DNA of 64,000 bases, taken from Candidatus Parcubacteria bacterium. GTDB lineage: Bacteria > Patescibacteriota > Minisyncoccia > Phycocordibacterales > JAACPR01. Numbering within the stretch: the stretch's first letter is position 1; each line of letters starts with the position of its first letter. This document shows, piece by piece, positions 19,707-28,053 of this stretch. The stretch is from NCBI GenBank assembly GCA_041158505.1, contig JBEBBG010000015.1, positions 12,642-76,641 on the forward strand, in the 5' to 3' direction. The notes below the pieces were generated by a model. The model saw only the letters and a program-made list of their open reading frames with translations. It was not told where the DNA came from and did no database searches. A program made the position numbers and the translations under genes.

Positions 19707-20807
19707 CTACTTATTGAGCGGCATTACGAGGTACAAGAATGTTGGGTCGTTCACCCCACGAATAACAACTGGTTTGGTACGACCATTAAACATCAAAACA
19801 ATACTGTCTGAGTTAATAGAACCAAACGCATCGCTCACGTACTTGTGATTAAAACTAATCTCCACGGCCTCTCCGCGCAGTGTTGCATCGACAACATTTC
19901 TGTTCTCACCCTTGTCGACATTTTTCGACGTGAGCTCAAAAACACCGTCATCCGGTCGAATAGACACAGTGACCTGATTAAAGCTGTCTGAGAAGAGATT
20001 TGAGAGTTTTAGGGCCTGTACAAGATCCTGTTTGAGCACCGTAACCTCTGTCGTGTTGTCTTTTGGAATAATCTGCTGATAGTCAGGAAAGTTTCCGTCC
20101 ACAATCCTGGTCATAAGGTACACTCCGTCGTGAACAAATGCCACCTGACCACTCTCGAAACGAACCTCGATGTCTGCCTGTACATCATCAAAAACTCGAA
20201 TGATTTCAGCGACGTTTCGATGAGGAATAAGGACACTTTCGAACTGGTCAACCTCCCTCGCTTCAATTCGCTTCTCAGCAAGTCGAAACGAGTCCGTAGC
20301 AACAAACATCAGGTTTCCATCCTTTGGGTATAAGTACACACTCGAAAGCTCTGGTTTCATACTTGAAACCGAAGCACTGTACCAAACCGACTTGAGACCA
20401 TGGATGAGCATTGGGGCAGATATTTTGCAGGTATGCACATTCTCAAGTTGTGGGATTGTTGGAAAATCTTCGTGAGAAAGAGCTTTGATTGTTGTTTCGT
20501 TGTGGCTTGAGGTAATAGTGAGGTTTTGATTTTGAACCTCAAGCGTGATGGTTTCGTGATCAGAAACGTTTGACAGAAATTGAACAAAAAGACCACCAGG
20601 AACCGCAACGACTCCTTCCCGTTCTACCTTTACGGGTACAGACGCTTCAAGACCTAGATCAAGGTTTGTCGCCTTAATATGAAGCTTTGAACCTTTCGCC
20701 TCTAGTAGTACACATGCCAACACTGGCAACGTGGCGTTTTTGCTCGTGATACGATCCGCCTTACTTACCATCGACTGCACTTTTTCCTTCGAGCAAACAA
20801 TCTTCAT
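19707..20807 (-). CDS. dnaN: DNA polymerase III beta sliding clamp
   Basis: 366 aa; MKIVCSKEKV...LPVLACVLLEAKGSKLHIKATNLDLG is a beta-clamp N-terminus; three-domain length. Confidence 0.9.
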   Translation of the reverse strand: MKIVCSKEKVQSMVSKADRITSKNATLPVLACVLLEAKGSKLHIKATNLDLGLEASVPVKVEREGVVAVPGGLFVQFLSNVSDHETITLEVQNQNLTITSSHNETTIKALSHEDFPTIPQLENVHTCKISAPMLIHGLKSVWYSASVSSMKPELSSVYLYPKDGNLMFVATDSFRLAEKRIEAREVDQFESVLIPHRNVAEIIRVFDDVQADIEVRFESGQVAFVHDGVYLMTRIVDGNFPDYQQIIPKDNTTEVTVLKQDLVQALKLSNLFSDSFNQVTVSIRPDDGVFELTSKNVDKGENRNVVDATLRGEAVEISFNHKYVSDAFGSINSDSIVLMFNGRTKPVVIRGVNDPTFLYLVMPLNK

Positions 20808-21077
20808 ACCTGTTGATAATTAATCTTTTAAACCCAACTACTGTCTCTATTAGGACTGTGGATATGTGTATAACCTGCGGATAGTGTTATTTTACAAGCT
20901 TATTTTGTCCCCACCGAACTGCGTTTGTGTGGGGATAGTTTTGAACTTGTTTGGGATAACGAGCAGTATCCTCTAGCTTACCTACATTTATCCAGTTCTC
21001 AAGCAACCGATTTCCCCTAGTAATCCACAAATATCCCCAATACTTTGCCCTAAAATCAACAACTTATCCACATCTTA
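20808..21077. promoter_or_regulatory. DnaA-box cluster in the dnaA-dnaN spacer (oriC candidate / dnaN promoter region)
   Basis: Perfect TTATCCACA at 21064-21072; 1-mismatch boxes TGTGGATAT at 20857-20865 and TAATCCACA at 21021-21029; weaker boxes at 20876, 20951 and 20988. Confidence 0.55.
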
Positions 21078-22436
21078 TTAGAGCATTGCCCTAATCTGAT
21101 TAAGCTGCTGGTTGAGAAGCTGGTCGTTTTTGAGGTCGTTTTTCATCTTTTCACAAGAGTGAATAACGGTTGTGTGGTCCCTTCCCCCAAGCTTCTCTCC
21201 AATTGTTGGGTATGAGGTATTGAAATCCTCACGGAGGATGTACATGGTTATTTGTCGTGGTCGAACTACCTCCTTTCGGCGTGTTTTGTCGCAAATGTCG
21301 TCTGGGTTAATGTTGTAGAAGTCTGCAACGATTTTAATGAGGTCTTTAATTGAGACCATTTTCTTTGGTTTTGCACTGTTTTTAATGAGGTCTTTAACAT
21401 CATTAAGGTTTAGTTCACGGTTTTTAAGCTGGGATTGGCACGCGATAGAGTTAATAACGCCCTCAAGCTCACGGATGTTTCCTTCAATGCTCGTTGCTAG
21501 GTACTCAAGGATGTCGTTTGAAAGAACGATGTTATTTTGAGCCATTTTTGCATTTAAAATCGCGATACGAGACTCTGTGTCTGGTTTTGGAATGTCCACG
21601 ATCATACCCTGGTTGAAGCGTGACTTAAGCCTGTCTTCAAGGCCTGGAATGTATGACGGGTGCTTATCTGAAGAGAAAACAATCTGCTTGTTGTTGTCGT
21701 AGAGGGTGTTGAAAAGGTGGAAGAGCTCTTCTTGGGTTTTATCTTTATCTGAAAGAAACTGGATATCATCCATGATTAAAACGTCGTATTTTCGGTACTT
21801 TTCTTTAAATGCGAGCCCTTTGTTTTGTTGAATAGCGGCAATGTACTCAGAGGTAAATTTCTCTGAGGTTAGATAAAAAACCTTTTTTGATCGATCTTGC
21901 TCTTTGATTTTATTACCAATTGCTTGAATGAGGTGTGTTTTGCCGTGACCGGTGCTTCCGTATATGAAAAGTGGGTTGTATACGATTCCTGGCTGCTTAA
22001 TGATCGCCTGTGCGGCAGCGTGTGCAAGTTCGTTGAAAGAGCCAATAATAAAGGTTTCAAAGGTGTACCGAGGGTTGAGGTTGTCGTCCTTGTTGATGTA
22101 GTAGTCTGACAAAGGAAGCTCTCCCCCATCACGATTTTCTCGTTTGATTGGTTTTGGTTTCTGGTTGCGCGCCTTCTCGATGTTTGCAACAACAAATTCA
22201 ACAGCTCGAATGTCGTCGGTTTGATCGCGAAGTGTTTTAAGGATGGTTTTACCGTATTTGTTGAAAAGCCAGTCTTTTACAAAGGTGTTTGGAACACCAA
22301 CAATTGCTACACCATCATCAATTTTGACTACAAAAGTGTCTTTAAACCAGGTTGCAAAGTTTGCTTTAGATACAGTTACCTCAATAGATGCGAGTGCATT
22401 CTCCCAAAGTGTTTTGCTGTCTAAGGTAACTGACAT
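21078..22436 (-). CDS. dnaA: chromosomal replication initiator DnaA
   Basis: AAA+ GSTGHGKTHLIQAIGN and a C-terminal DnaA-box-binding domain; probable start MSVTLDSKTLWENAL (ATG at 22436). The track ORF extends to 22481. Confidence 0.9.
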   Translation of the reverse strand: MSVTLDSKTLWENALASIEVTVSKANFATWFKDTFVVKIDDGVAIVGVPNTFVKDWLFNKYGKTILKTLRDQTDDIRAVEFVVANIEKARNQKPKPIKRENRDGGELPLSDYYINKDDNLNPRYTFETFIIGSFNELAHAAAQAIIKQPGIVYNPLFIYGSTGHGKTHLIQAIGNKIKEQDRSKKVFYLTSEKFTSEYIAAIQQNKGLAFKEKYRKYDVLIMDDIQFLSDKDKTQEELFHLFNTLYDNNKQIVFSSDKHPSYIPGLEDRLKSRFNQGMIVDIPKPDTESRIAILNAKMAQNNIVLSNDILEYLATSIEGNIRELEGVINSIACQSQLKNRELNLNDVKDLIKNSAKPKKMVSIKDLIKIVADFYNINPDDICDKTRRKEVVRPRQITMYILREDFNTSYPTIGEKLGGRDHTTVIHSCEKMKNDLKNDQLLNQQLNQIRAML

Positions 22437-22549
22437 ACGTTGCAACGGTAAACGTGTGCCTATTATATACTCGAGCGCCAACTGGGAAACTTGTTAAAAA
22501 AACTAGTTTATGTTAAAACGATGTTCACGAGACGAAATAAGTAACGCAT

Positions 22550-22705
22550 ATGTCTGTAACATACAAACCAAAGCGACGAAAGCGAGCAAAGACCCACGGG
22601 TTCTTGGTTCGCTCACGAACCCCAGGAGGAAAGCGAGTACTCGCTCGACGCCGACAAAAGGGGCGAGCAAAGCTCACCGTGTCTCGAAAACGAGCGTCAT
22701 AATAA
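22550..22705 (+). CDS. rpmH: 50S ribosomal protein L34 (below the ORF-track length cutoff)
   Basis: ATG at 22550; [50 protein letters not shown] (51 aa) is a textbook L34 sequence; TAA at 22703-22705. Confidence 0.85.
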
Positions 22706-22706
22706 A

Positions 22707-22745
22707 GGCAAAAACCGCGCTTGGCGCGGTTTTTGCCTTTTTCTT
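22707..22745 (+). terminator. Rho-independent terminator/attenuator between rpmH and rnpA
   Basis: ggcaaaaaccgcgc-ttg-gcgcggtttttgcc followed by tttttctt. Confidence 0.7.
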
Positions 22746-22757
22746 AACTCCACCACT

Positions 22758-23099
22758 ATGCTGAGAAAGAAAGACAGACTCACCACAGAATCTTTTACTG
22801 CTGTTATTGCATCAGGAAAAACATATAGGGTTCCCACGGGCTATCTTAAAGTTATTCCTGGGGATGTATCAGCTTTTGCAATCGCTGTACCTAAAAAGGT
22901 GGTAAAGTCGGCAGTTCGAAGACATCTCATAAAACGACGCGTTTTTAGTGCGTTGCGACCCATTGCTGGTCAGTTCCCTGTGGGACACTATGTGTTTTTT
23001 GTAACTTCAGAGAGTGCTGCTTTTTCGGTCGATGCTTTTACAGAGATGCTGACAGAACTTGCAAAAACGGTTGCCACAAGCCTCCAAAGTCGCCTATAA
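22758..23099 (+). CDS. rnpA: ribonuclease P protein component
   Basis: 113 aa basic protein (LRKKDRL...FAIAVPKKVVKSAVRRHLIKRRV) in the conserved rpmH-rnpA-yidC position. Confidence 0.8.
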   Translation: MLRKKDRLTTESFTAVIASGKTYRVPTGYLKVIPGDVSAFAIAVPKKVVKSAVRRHLIKRRVFSALRPIAGQFPVGHYVFFVTSESAAFSVDAFTEMLTELAKTVATSLQSRL

Positions 23100-23111
23100 T
23101 GGCAAGACGCC

Positions 23112-23870
23112 ATGAAAGAACTCTTCAACACTATTTTCTTTGAACCTCTCTACAATGCGCTTATTGGGCTCATTGACATTATTCCTGGTGGCGACGTTGG
23201 CTTTGCGGTTATTGTTCTTACCATTCTCGTTAAGTTGATTCTCTTTCCCCTCTCAAAAACATCTGTCCGTACACAGCTTAAAATGCGCCAACTCCAGAAG
23301 CCGCTCGAGGAAATTAAAGAAAAATACAAAGATAATCGTGAGGCCATGGGTCGCGCGATGCTTGATTTGTATAAGGAGCACAAGCTCAACCCTTTTTCTG
23401 GTTTTCTTCTCATTTTGATTCAGATTCCCGTTGTGCTCGCCCTCTACTGGGTAATTCTTAAAGGAGGACTGCCGGTTATTAATGAAACTATTCTCTACTC
23501 TTTCATTCCAAAACCAGAGACGATCAACATGCTCTTCTTGGGAATTTTTCATATTGCTGAAGCAAAAAGCGTCGTGCTTGCGGTACTCGCTGCCCTTACA
23601 CAACACTTGCAAGCCCGCTTCTCATTCCCTAAACCTGAACCTCGCAAAGAGGGGGTAACCCCAACGTTTCAAGATGAGATGATGCGTGGCATGAGCGTCC
23701 AGGTAAAGTGGGTTCTTCCTGTTTTTGTTTTCTTTATTTCATTCGGACTCGCCTCAGTGGTGGCACTCTACTGGACTGTCTCAAACCTATTCATGATTGG
23801 TCAGGAGTTGTATATCCGACGGACAATTAAGAAGCCTGCAGAAGAAGAGTCGCAAGCAGTGAATGCATAA
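23112..23870 (+). CDS. yidC: membrane protein insertase YidC (short Oxa1-type)
   Basis: 252 aa, five TM segments, conserved LxxFPL and PFSGFLLILIQIPV helix; conserved synteny after rnpA. Confidence 0.85.
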   Translation: MKELFNTIFFEPLYNALIGLIDIIPGGDVGFAVIVLTILVKLILFPLSKTSVRTQLKMRQLQKPLEEIKEKYKDNREAMGRAMLDLYKEHKLNPFSGFLLILIQIPVVLALYWVILKGGLPVINETILYSFIPKPETINMLFLGIFHIAEAKSVVLAVLAALTQHLQARFSFPKPEPRKEGVTPTFQDEMMRGMSVQVKWVLPVFVFFISFGLASVVALYWTVSNLFMIGQELYIRRTIKKPAEEESQAVNA

Positions 23871-23880
23871 GACCCCCTCC

Positions 23881-25200
23881 CTACCTCGTGCCGCGCGCCT
23901 TGGTGATGTCGACACTCCAGAGTGTTAGATCCTTTTTATTTACAAAGAGAATAAACTCATCACGAGGGCTGACCGTGATTTTGGTGATGTCGAAGCTTTG
24001 TGGAACCTCTTCTTTGTTGATAAGGAGGGCTTCGTATGATTCGTCTTTCAAGTTGACCTTCCAAAGGTTGTCGGCAAACGTGCTTACCCCTTGGTACCAC
24101 GTTTCTGGGTACGCGACGCGCTCCGGTTGATCTGTTGCCCCACAAAAGACTACGTCGGCACTTGTTTGGCTAAAGGTACATTTTTCAGGAAGTGTTTTAA
24201 TACCGAGCCGCTTTGATTGTCCGTTCGTTATGTTGTATGCGTAGAGCTCCAAATCGTTGCTACGTGCAATTGAATACAGCATCCAGGTCTTTCCTGGGTT
24301 TGTGAGTGTTGTGAGCCCTGGTGTGTCTCCAAGGAGCTTCTGGAGGCTCTGGTTGGCACCAATGAGGTAGGCAAAGCCGTTTTCACGAGAATCTGCCTTT
24401 GTTGTGATGATACGGTCAGTGTTGTTTACCTGCTGCACAATCCACTGTGTAAAAGGAGATTCATGCAAAATACGCTTTGCTTGGTCTTTGAGGTCGGCCG
24501 CGATAATAGTGCTGCCCCCTGCACTGTTCTCAAGTACGTAGCTGATGTTTGTTGCCCCAATATCTGCAGACACAACGTTGCGTGGAAGGTATACCCCTTC
24601 AAGTGAGTAGCCGTCCGCAATAATTTGGAAGGTGTCTGGCGATGTCGTGCTCTTGCTTGTTACTTTACCAATGAGTGTTTCAACGGTTTCTTCATCTTCT
24701 GCAACATACTGGACGAGCGCGTGTGTTCCGTCTGGACTAAATTTTGTGTACGAGACCTTAGGGATGGTGGTGTTAGAAAGACGTGTCTGTGTTAATGAGT
24801 TTTCTCGGGCCTCGTAGAGGTGGCCGGTTGCTCGTTCAATGTATCGAAAGGTTGTGATGGTAAACGCCCGGCTTTCCTCAACACCCTCATCAGAGATGTA
24901 TGTTTCAGAAGATCCTGTTGGGCGTTCAAACGCTACCGCACCAGCTACAGGGACTTGCGATAGTTGTCGAACACGGGGAATGCTCGCTGTTCCTGGTTGC
25001 TGTGTTGTGCTGTTTGGAGTCAGCTCCCCTTCTGCGCCGATGCCATTATTAATATCTACTGGGAAAAAGGATTCACTCCGACCGCTGTCGGTATATGTGC
25101 TTTGTGGCGCATCACCCCGGAAGAAAAAGAGCCATAGTAAAAAACCAATAAAGGCAGCAACAATAACAAAGAGAGACCAACCTAAAATACGTTTTACCAT
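23881..25200 (-). CDS. membrane-anchored beta-propeller (TolB/PD40-like) protein; last gene of the T4SS-like operon
   Basis: N-terminal TM (WSLFVIVAAFIGFLLWLFFF), repeated FSPDGT / LYSIA-type beta-propeller strands. Confidence 0.45.
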   Translation of the reverse strand: MVKRILGWSLFVIVAAFIGFLLWLFFFRGDAPQSTYTDSGRSESFFPVDINNGIGAEGELTPNSTTQQPGTASIPRVRQLSQVPVAGAVAFERPTGSSETYISDEGVEESRAFTITTFRYIERATGHLYEARENSLTQTRLSNTTIPKVSYTKFSPDGTHALVQYVAEDEETVETLIGKVTSKSTTSPDTFQIIADGYSLEGVYLPRNVVSADIGATNISYVLENSAGGSTIIAADLKDQAKRILHESPFTQWIVQQVNNTDRIITTKADSRENGFAYLIGANQSLQKLLGDTPGLTTLTNPGKTWMLYSIARSNDLELYAYNITNGQSKRLGIKTLPEKCTFSQTSADVVFCGATDQPERVAYPETWYQGVSTFADNLWKVNLKDESYEALLINKEEVPQSFDITKITVSPRDEFILFVNKKDLTLWSVDITKARGTR

Positions 25201-25239
25201 ATGGAGTTATTATACCTTTAAAAAAAGTATGTGAGCGGA

Positions 25240-25953
25240 TTAACGAACAGGTCCGATTGGAATACTTCCAAATGGAAGGAGTTCAAGCTGCAGGTTGCCC
25301 GTCGCCCCGCTTGTAAGTTCGAGTTCTCTTCCAACGGCTTCTGAGATGAGGAGCTCGTCATCGGTGCTGCGGTGATCGATTTCTGCGACGACTGATCGCC
25401 CTGTGTTTTTATTTGTAATTCGAACAACCTGTGAGGCAAGGTAGCGATTAGCGATACCTGTATCTGCTATTTCTGGGAAGTTTGCAATACGTGCGCTCGT
25501 GCTGTCTGGGTAAGCGATAAAGTATTCTGCCGCTGGAATCCGGTCACGTACCAATTTGCCGCTTACAAGCCCGACTTCATCATACCCGTGCATTCCTCGG
25601 CTATCTCCTTGTGTGTATGCAACACGCTCCCCTGCTAGATTTGTTGCAAAGTAGTACTGGTTAGAGCCTTCTGTTGCTGCCAAGGTGAGGTCTCCTGTTG
25701 CCGCCGGGTTTTTAATCAAGGCGTACTCGGTTCCTCGCTCAAGTAGTGTCCTAATATCTGATGGGCCACCATAGTAACGAACGGTAATACCGCCAGCCAC
25801 CGTTGGTGTCTCTACAACTTCGCTAAATGCCTCACGTTGCTCCACAAAAGGCTCTGGGGCCGGCGTGGCGTCTCTTAGAAGCATATAGCCGATTGCAGCT
25901 AATCCACCAATGATGCCGGCAATACTTGCGATTATCCAGAAACGTTCATTCAT
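25240..25953 (-). CDS. RlpA-like double-psi beta-barrel protein, membrane anchored (putative lytic transglycosylase)
   Basis: N-terminal TM; VRITNKNTGRSVVAEIDHRS...DDELLISEAVGREL matches the RlpA DPBB core (VxVTNxxNGRSVVVRVNDRGP...IDLSxAA). Confidence 0.5.
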   Translation of the reverse strand: MNERFWIIASIAGIIGGLAAIGYMLLRDATPAPEPFVEQREAFSEVVETPTVAGGITVRYYGGPSDIRTLLERGTEYALIKNPAATGDLTLAATEGSNQYYFATNLAGERVAYTQGDSRGMHGYDEVGLVSGKLVRDRIPAAEYFIAYPDSTSARIANFPEIADTGIANRYLASQVVRITNKNTGRSVVAEIDHRSTDDELLISEAVGRELELTSGATGNLQLELLPFGSIPIGPVR

Positions 25954-25956
25954 ACG

Positions 25957-26394
25957 CTAAAAACCAAGGTCCACAATGAAATCTCCAGGACCTCCCGTTC
26001 CCAAGATGAGGTTGAGGACATAAATACAAACAAGGGCTATAGCGAGACCGCCAAGTGCTGCTGTAATTCTGTCTTTTCCTTCTGATTTACCAAACAACGA
26101 CTCGGTTCCCATATATTGAACTCCTCCAACTACAAGCATGATGACCGCAAGAATAATGGTAATACTGACAAGCCATTTGAAAAGCTGAGCCAGCATCTGT
26201 GGCAGCGAACCCCCAAAGTTGACACCGCTAATTGACTGGTACCCACCTCCCCCTTGAATGTTCTGTTGCTCAGGGCTGACAGGCGCTTCTTGTGCATGAA
26301 GCACCGCAACTCCTTGCACAAAGAGCAATGATGCAACACAAAACGCGGTCACTCCTTTTTTAAAATACGGTAACATTGCCTGTTTGAAGTTCAT
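25957..26394 (-). CDS. VirB2/TrbC-like pilin candidate
   Basis: 145 aa: about 33-aa signal peptide (cleavage after HAQ/EA), then two hydrophobic helices (LFKWLVSITIILAVIMLVVGGV and ITAALGGLAIALVCIYVLNLIL) separated by a short loop: T4SS pilin architecture. Confidence 0.45.
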   Translation of the reverse strand: MNFKQAMLPYFKKGVTAFCVASLLFVQGVAVLHAQEAPVSPEQQNIQGGGGYQSISGVNFGGSLPQMLAQLFKWLVSITIILAVIMLVVGGVQYMGTESLFGKSEGKDRITAALGGLAIALVCIYVLNLILGTGGPGDFIVDLGF

Positions 26395-27412
26395 TTTCTA
26401 GGGTTTCATCTCCAACAACATCTAGTGCAAAGTTAATCTTAGCATCTTGTAAGATGTTACTCAGGTGGTTGGTCCCCACATTAATTCTTGAAATACCACT
26501 TTTCGCCTTTCCTCTGTTTGTAAAGGTGAGCTTCGATCCAAGCGTTGGTAGATCAATTGGTTTTTCATTCTCTGTCCAGGAATACTCGATTGAGGCATCA
26601 TCACGGGATGATGCAGAAAAGAAGTAAGGAATAGCTACTAAACCAACCTCCTCCCTGTCAAAACGGAATCGTGAAGTAATTGCTCGTTCAAAAAGGTTTC
26701 CAAAAAGAGGGTTGCTCTCATACACGAGCACGGAAGTGTTTTTTGGTGTGACTTCGATTCTTTTCTGTGCTTGCACGCCCCCATTTACCGTCTCCACCAC
26801 TACAGTTACAAAGAAAGGGGTTGGAGCAAGGTTTCCAACAAAACTAATTGTATCTTTTCCAACACCTGATGCTTGCTGAAGTACTTGCCCATTTTTTTCC
26901 CATGTGTAGACAAGTTCTTTTGAAGAGATTTTTGTCCCACCCGTACGGATGTCTGGAATTGCCGCAATTGTCACAAGGGATTGTGGTGTGAAAAGAGACC
27001 TTCCTTTATAGAGCGGGGGTGTATAGGTGTCTGCTTCAACAAGCAAATCAACTGCCCCTGGAGTAAGGGTTATGCTGTCTTCATATGTTTTTCCATTTGA
27101 ACCAACAACACGAACTGAAACTGTTTGTGTTTGCCCAACTGCTGGTGTTGAAAAAATGAAAGTTCGAAGACCCAGCCCTGACGAGGTCTGACCGTCGCTC
27201 GTGTTCCAGGTTATGGTCGAGCGCCCAAGATCGATTGCGTAATTTTCTACTGTTGCTGTCACACTACTGTTTGCTGAGGGGATGCTTGGGCTTAGGGTGG
27301 TTGAAAGAGATCCGGTAAAAATATCTGGAGCAATTTGAGCTTTTGCGGCAGGTACGCCGAGTAAGAACAAAAACGCCAGTATGATCAAATAAAAAGCGGC
27401 GCGCTTAAACAT
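26360..27412 (-). CDS. secreted protein of unknown function (T4SS-like cluster)
   Basis: ATG at 27412 gives MFKRAAFYLIILAFLFLLGVPAAKA signal peptide; Ser/Thr-rich, beta-rich mature part. The track ORF is N-extended to 27448. Confidence 0.5.
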   Translation of the reverse strand: MFKRAAFYLIILAFLFLLGVPAAKAQIAPDIFTGSLSTTLSPSIPSANSSVTATVENYAIDLGRSTITWNTSDGQTSSGLGLRTFIFSTPAVGQTQTVSVRVVGSNGKTYEDSITLTPGAVDLLVEADTYTPPLYKGRSLFTPQSLVTIAAIPDIRTGGTKISSKELVYTWEKNGQVLQQASGVGKDTISFVGNLAPTPFFVTVVVETVNGGVQAQKRIEVTPKNTSVLVYESNPLFGNLFERAITSRFRFDREEVGLVAIPYFFSASSRDDASIEYSWTENEKPIDLPTLGSKLTFTNRGKAKSGISRINVGTNHLSNILQDAKINFALDVVGDETLENELQTGNVTVF

Positions 27413-27482
27413 ACATCCATTGTAGCAGAGATAAAAGCGTGGTCTCAACTAGTTTGCACGCAGGGTGTTCGTGTTTTCAAAA

Positions 27483-28049
27483 CTAGGCAGCTGTTCTGCT
27501 AGAAACGTACGCATCAATGTTTTGATTAAGTCTTGCAACTTTTTTCGGAACAAACCTTTGAACCTCATCCAAAATAAACCAGAAAGCCTTTACTACTTTT
27601 GTGTGGTGATAGTGAACAGAGAGAATCAAAAACGTGTTGGCGGTGATGACGTCGTTAAAAGGGATGGCATCACTGATTGCAAAAAGTACAAGCATGAGCA
27701 TTATTTTTCGAAGGATAATCTTCTGAGTTATCCTGCTTATCGTGCCGCTTTCTTTTCCAAAAAACCAGAAAAAATTTATAACCCAAGTTAGTATTTTAAA
27801 AATCCAGTAAACAACAACACCAACACCTGTTAACGAAAGAAGGGACGCCGCTATAGAGAGGGTGTCAAAAATTGCATTTATTAAAACAATAAGTGTTGGG
27901 AATGGTGGTAGCTTTGGACGGTTTTCTAGAAGTTGAATAGACGCATCCCGATCAATATCAGTCGCAAATGTTTCTTTAAAGCGCCCCTGAAACTCTCTAA
28001 GGTGACGTTGGCTAGAACGAGCGTGGCGCACTATATTTCCGTCAGGCAT
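27483..28049 (-). CDS. polytopic membrane protein (T4SS-like cluster)
   Basis: Three to four TM segments (TLIVLINAIFDTLSIAASLL, VVVYWIFKILTWVINFFWFF, IMLMLVLFAI). ATG at 28049 (MPDGNIV); the track start at 28064 is GTG. Confidence 0.45.
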   Translation of the reverse strand: MPDGNIVRHARSSQRHLREFQGRFKETFATDIDRDASIQLLENRPKLPPFPTLIVLINAIFDTLSIAASLLSLTGVGVVVYWIFKILTWVINFFWFFGKESGTISRITQKIILRKIMLMLVLFAISDAIPFNDVITANTFLILSVHYHHTKVVKAFWFILDEVQRFVPKKVARLNQNIDAYVSSRTAA

Positions 28050-28053
28050 ACCC

